A DNA stretch of 14,691 nucleotides from assembly GCA_038845975.1 (NCBI GenBank), contig JAWBQF010000047.1, positions 1-14,691 on the forward strand, read 5' to 3'. The DNA is from Candidatus Methanomethylicia archaeon (GTDB taxonomy: Archaea > Thermoproteota > Methanomethylicia > CALHIW01). Below the pieces are notes generated by a model. That model was not told where the DNA came from. It did not search any database and saw only the letters and a program-made list of their open reading frames with translations. Of the stretch, positions 13,521-14,691 are shown one piece after another (within the stretch, counting starts at the first letter, position 1; the number at the start of each line of letters is the position of its first letter). The translations under genes were made by a program, and so were the position numbers.

Positions 13521-14423
13521 TTGTCTTTAATAGAGTTTCTCGACCCAGCGTATGTAAAAGGTAAGTTAGATACTTTCGATAGTAAATTAGACGTCGCTCT
13601 ATCGACTAGAGCTTCAGAAACTACATTAACTGCTTTAAGTAATAAATTTCCTAGTGCTACTACTTTAGGAGATTCTTTATCAAATCCAACAACAACTATA
13701 ATAGGCGGGGCTCTATTGGGTTGGGATAGCGCCGGCGGCGTCTGGGAGAGAGTATATACCGACGGTTCTAATAGACTTAAAGTTCAATTAGATACTATAC
13801 CTAATCCATCTAATTTAGACACAGCTCTTTCAACAAGACTCTCCGAAACAACCTTTACTAGTAGATGGGATGGAGGAATATATGGCTTTGATGGAACTAC
13901 TGCTAGAAAAATAAGAACTGATACAGACGGACACTTACAAATAGACGTCTTAACTACCTCTAATCCTCCAAACTTCGATGTGGCTTTAAGTACTAGAGCT
14001 AGTGAATCAACACTATCATCAATATTAAGTAAGTTAGACGTAAATCTTTCTACTAGATTATCAGATTCAAAGATACCTAATGCCCTCGGTCAAGCAAGTT
14101 TAGACGTAGTTGGCTCTACAATGTATGCTTTAGGCGTTGTGCCTTCTTATCTGCCGTCTAGAATGCCTTATTGTGTTGCTAATATTTCGGTTGGCACCAC
14201 GGAGAGTAGCACAGCTATATCGACTCCCGGAGGAAAGCTATTAATACTTAGGAATAAAGGAGACGTAGATATTCAGATAGGCATAAATGGCTCAGTCCCA
14301 GCTACCAACCCATTAATTCTAAGAGCTAGGACGATTAGAATATTCCCCTTCAAAAGTGTTACTGCAATATATTATAAAACGGCCGCCGGAAGTAGTACTC
14401 TAGATATAGAATACTGGAACTAG
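13521..14423 (+). CDS. Fibre/spike-like protein with LDxxLSTR repeats and C-terminal beta-sandwich
   Basis: S/T/G-rich; four [LF]DxxLSTR[AL]S repeats at 13587, 13815, 13974 and 14034; GGAGGTGA RBS. Confidence 0.7.
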   Translation: MSLIEFLDPAYVKGKLDTFDSKLDVALSTRASETTLTALSNKFPSATTLGDSLSNPTTTIIGGALLGWDSAGGVWERVYTDGSNRLKVQLDTIPNPSNLDTALSTRLSETTFTSRWDGGIYGFDGTTARKIRTDTDGHLQIDVLTTSNPPNFDVALSTRASESTLSSILSKLDVNLSTRLSDSKIPNALGQASLDVVGSTMYALGVVPSYLPSRMPYCVANISVGTTESSTAISTPGGKLLILRNKGDVDIQIGINGSVPATNPLILRARTIRIFPFKSVTAIYYKTAAGSSTLDIEYWN

Positions 14424-14434
14424 AGGGGTCTGAT

Positions 14435-14671
14435 TTGAACGAATACGAATATTTATTCGACTCTCCCGAACTACTAAAGGATAAGCCCCTCGACGCAGCA
14501 TATATACTGGAAGTGGTGAGCAAATCTAAGTTGAAGCCGATTGTGGTTAGAGTCGATAATTATAGGGGGCAAGTCATCTTCTACTTCGAAAAAACGCTCG
14601 GGAAAGAAGAAAAGAGCGAATTAGACCTGCTGGTTAAGAAGATCTTTCAGGAATGGAAGAGGTGGAAGTAG
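14435..14671 (+). CDS. Hypothetical protein (78 aa)
   Basis: GAGGGG RBS; tight packing between neighbours. Confidence 0.72.
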   Translation: MNEYEYLFDSPELLKDKPLDAAYILEVVSKSKLKPIVVRVDNYRGQVIFYFEKTLGKEEKSELDLLVKKIFQEWKRWK

Positions 14672-14691
14672 ATGACGGTATTCGAGTTTTT
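14672..14691 (+). CDS. 5' fragment of the next gene (MTVFEF...), truncated by the window edge
   Basis: GAGGTGG RBS; ATG immediately after the previous stop. Confidence 0.55.

Larger units (their letters stand above)
1..14691. mobile_element. Probable archaeal virus/provirus (or related mobile element) segment
   Basis: Mostly short hypothetical ORFs in two divergent arms, four RHH-type regulators, a C2H2 Zn-finger protein, a run of beta-rich structural-like genes, mosaic GC content and archaeal RBS/TATA/oligo-T signals. No att site, integrase or terminus is visible. Confidence 0.75.

Noticed and set aside
1-14691. tRNA, rRNA, CRISPR array, IS element, integrase, reverse transcriptase
   Set aside because: None recognised by eye; intergenic gaps are short and AT-rich. 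A covariance-model search was not run.

Overview
AT-rich, gene-dense window with archaeal expression signals (GGTG/GAGGTG ribosome-binding sites, TTTA[T/A]A boxes, oligo-T terminators, ATA/AGA codon preference) and almost no housekeeping genes. It reads as part of an archaeal virus, provirus or related mobile element; that call is inference, and no integrase, replication protein or packaging ATPase is in view. A leftward arm (55-3530) encodes small Cys-paired proteins, two ribbon-helix-helix (RHH) regulators, a Cys/His-motif helical protein and a C2H2 Zn-finger/coiled-coil protein. It diverges from a rightward arm that opens with a tightly packed module: Mrp/MinD-family P-loop ATPase, SCP2-like lipid carrier, MenA/UBIAD1-like prenyltransferase, coiled-coil protein, subtilisin-family protease. 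A long run of small membrane-type and beta-rich proteins follows, resembling a virion morphogenesis block with a candidate capsid plus decoration-protein pair and a repeat-containing fibre/spike. I found three short genes missing from the ORF track (795-932 -, 8960-9118 -, 11534-11662 +). The best candidate for an undescribed system is the lipid-handling/prenylation plus protease module placed at the head of the structural genes.
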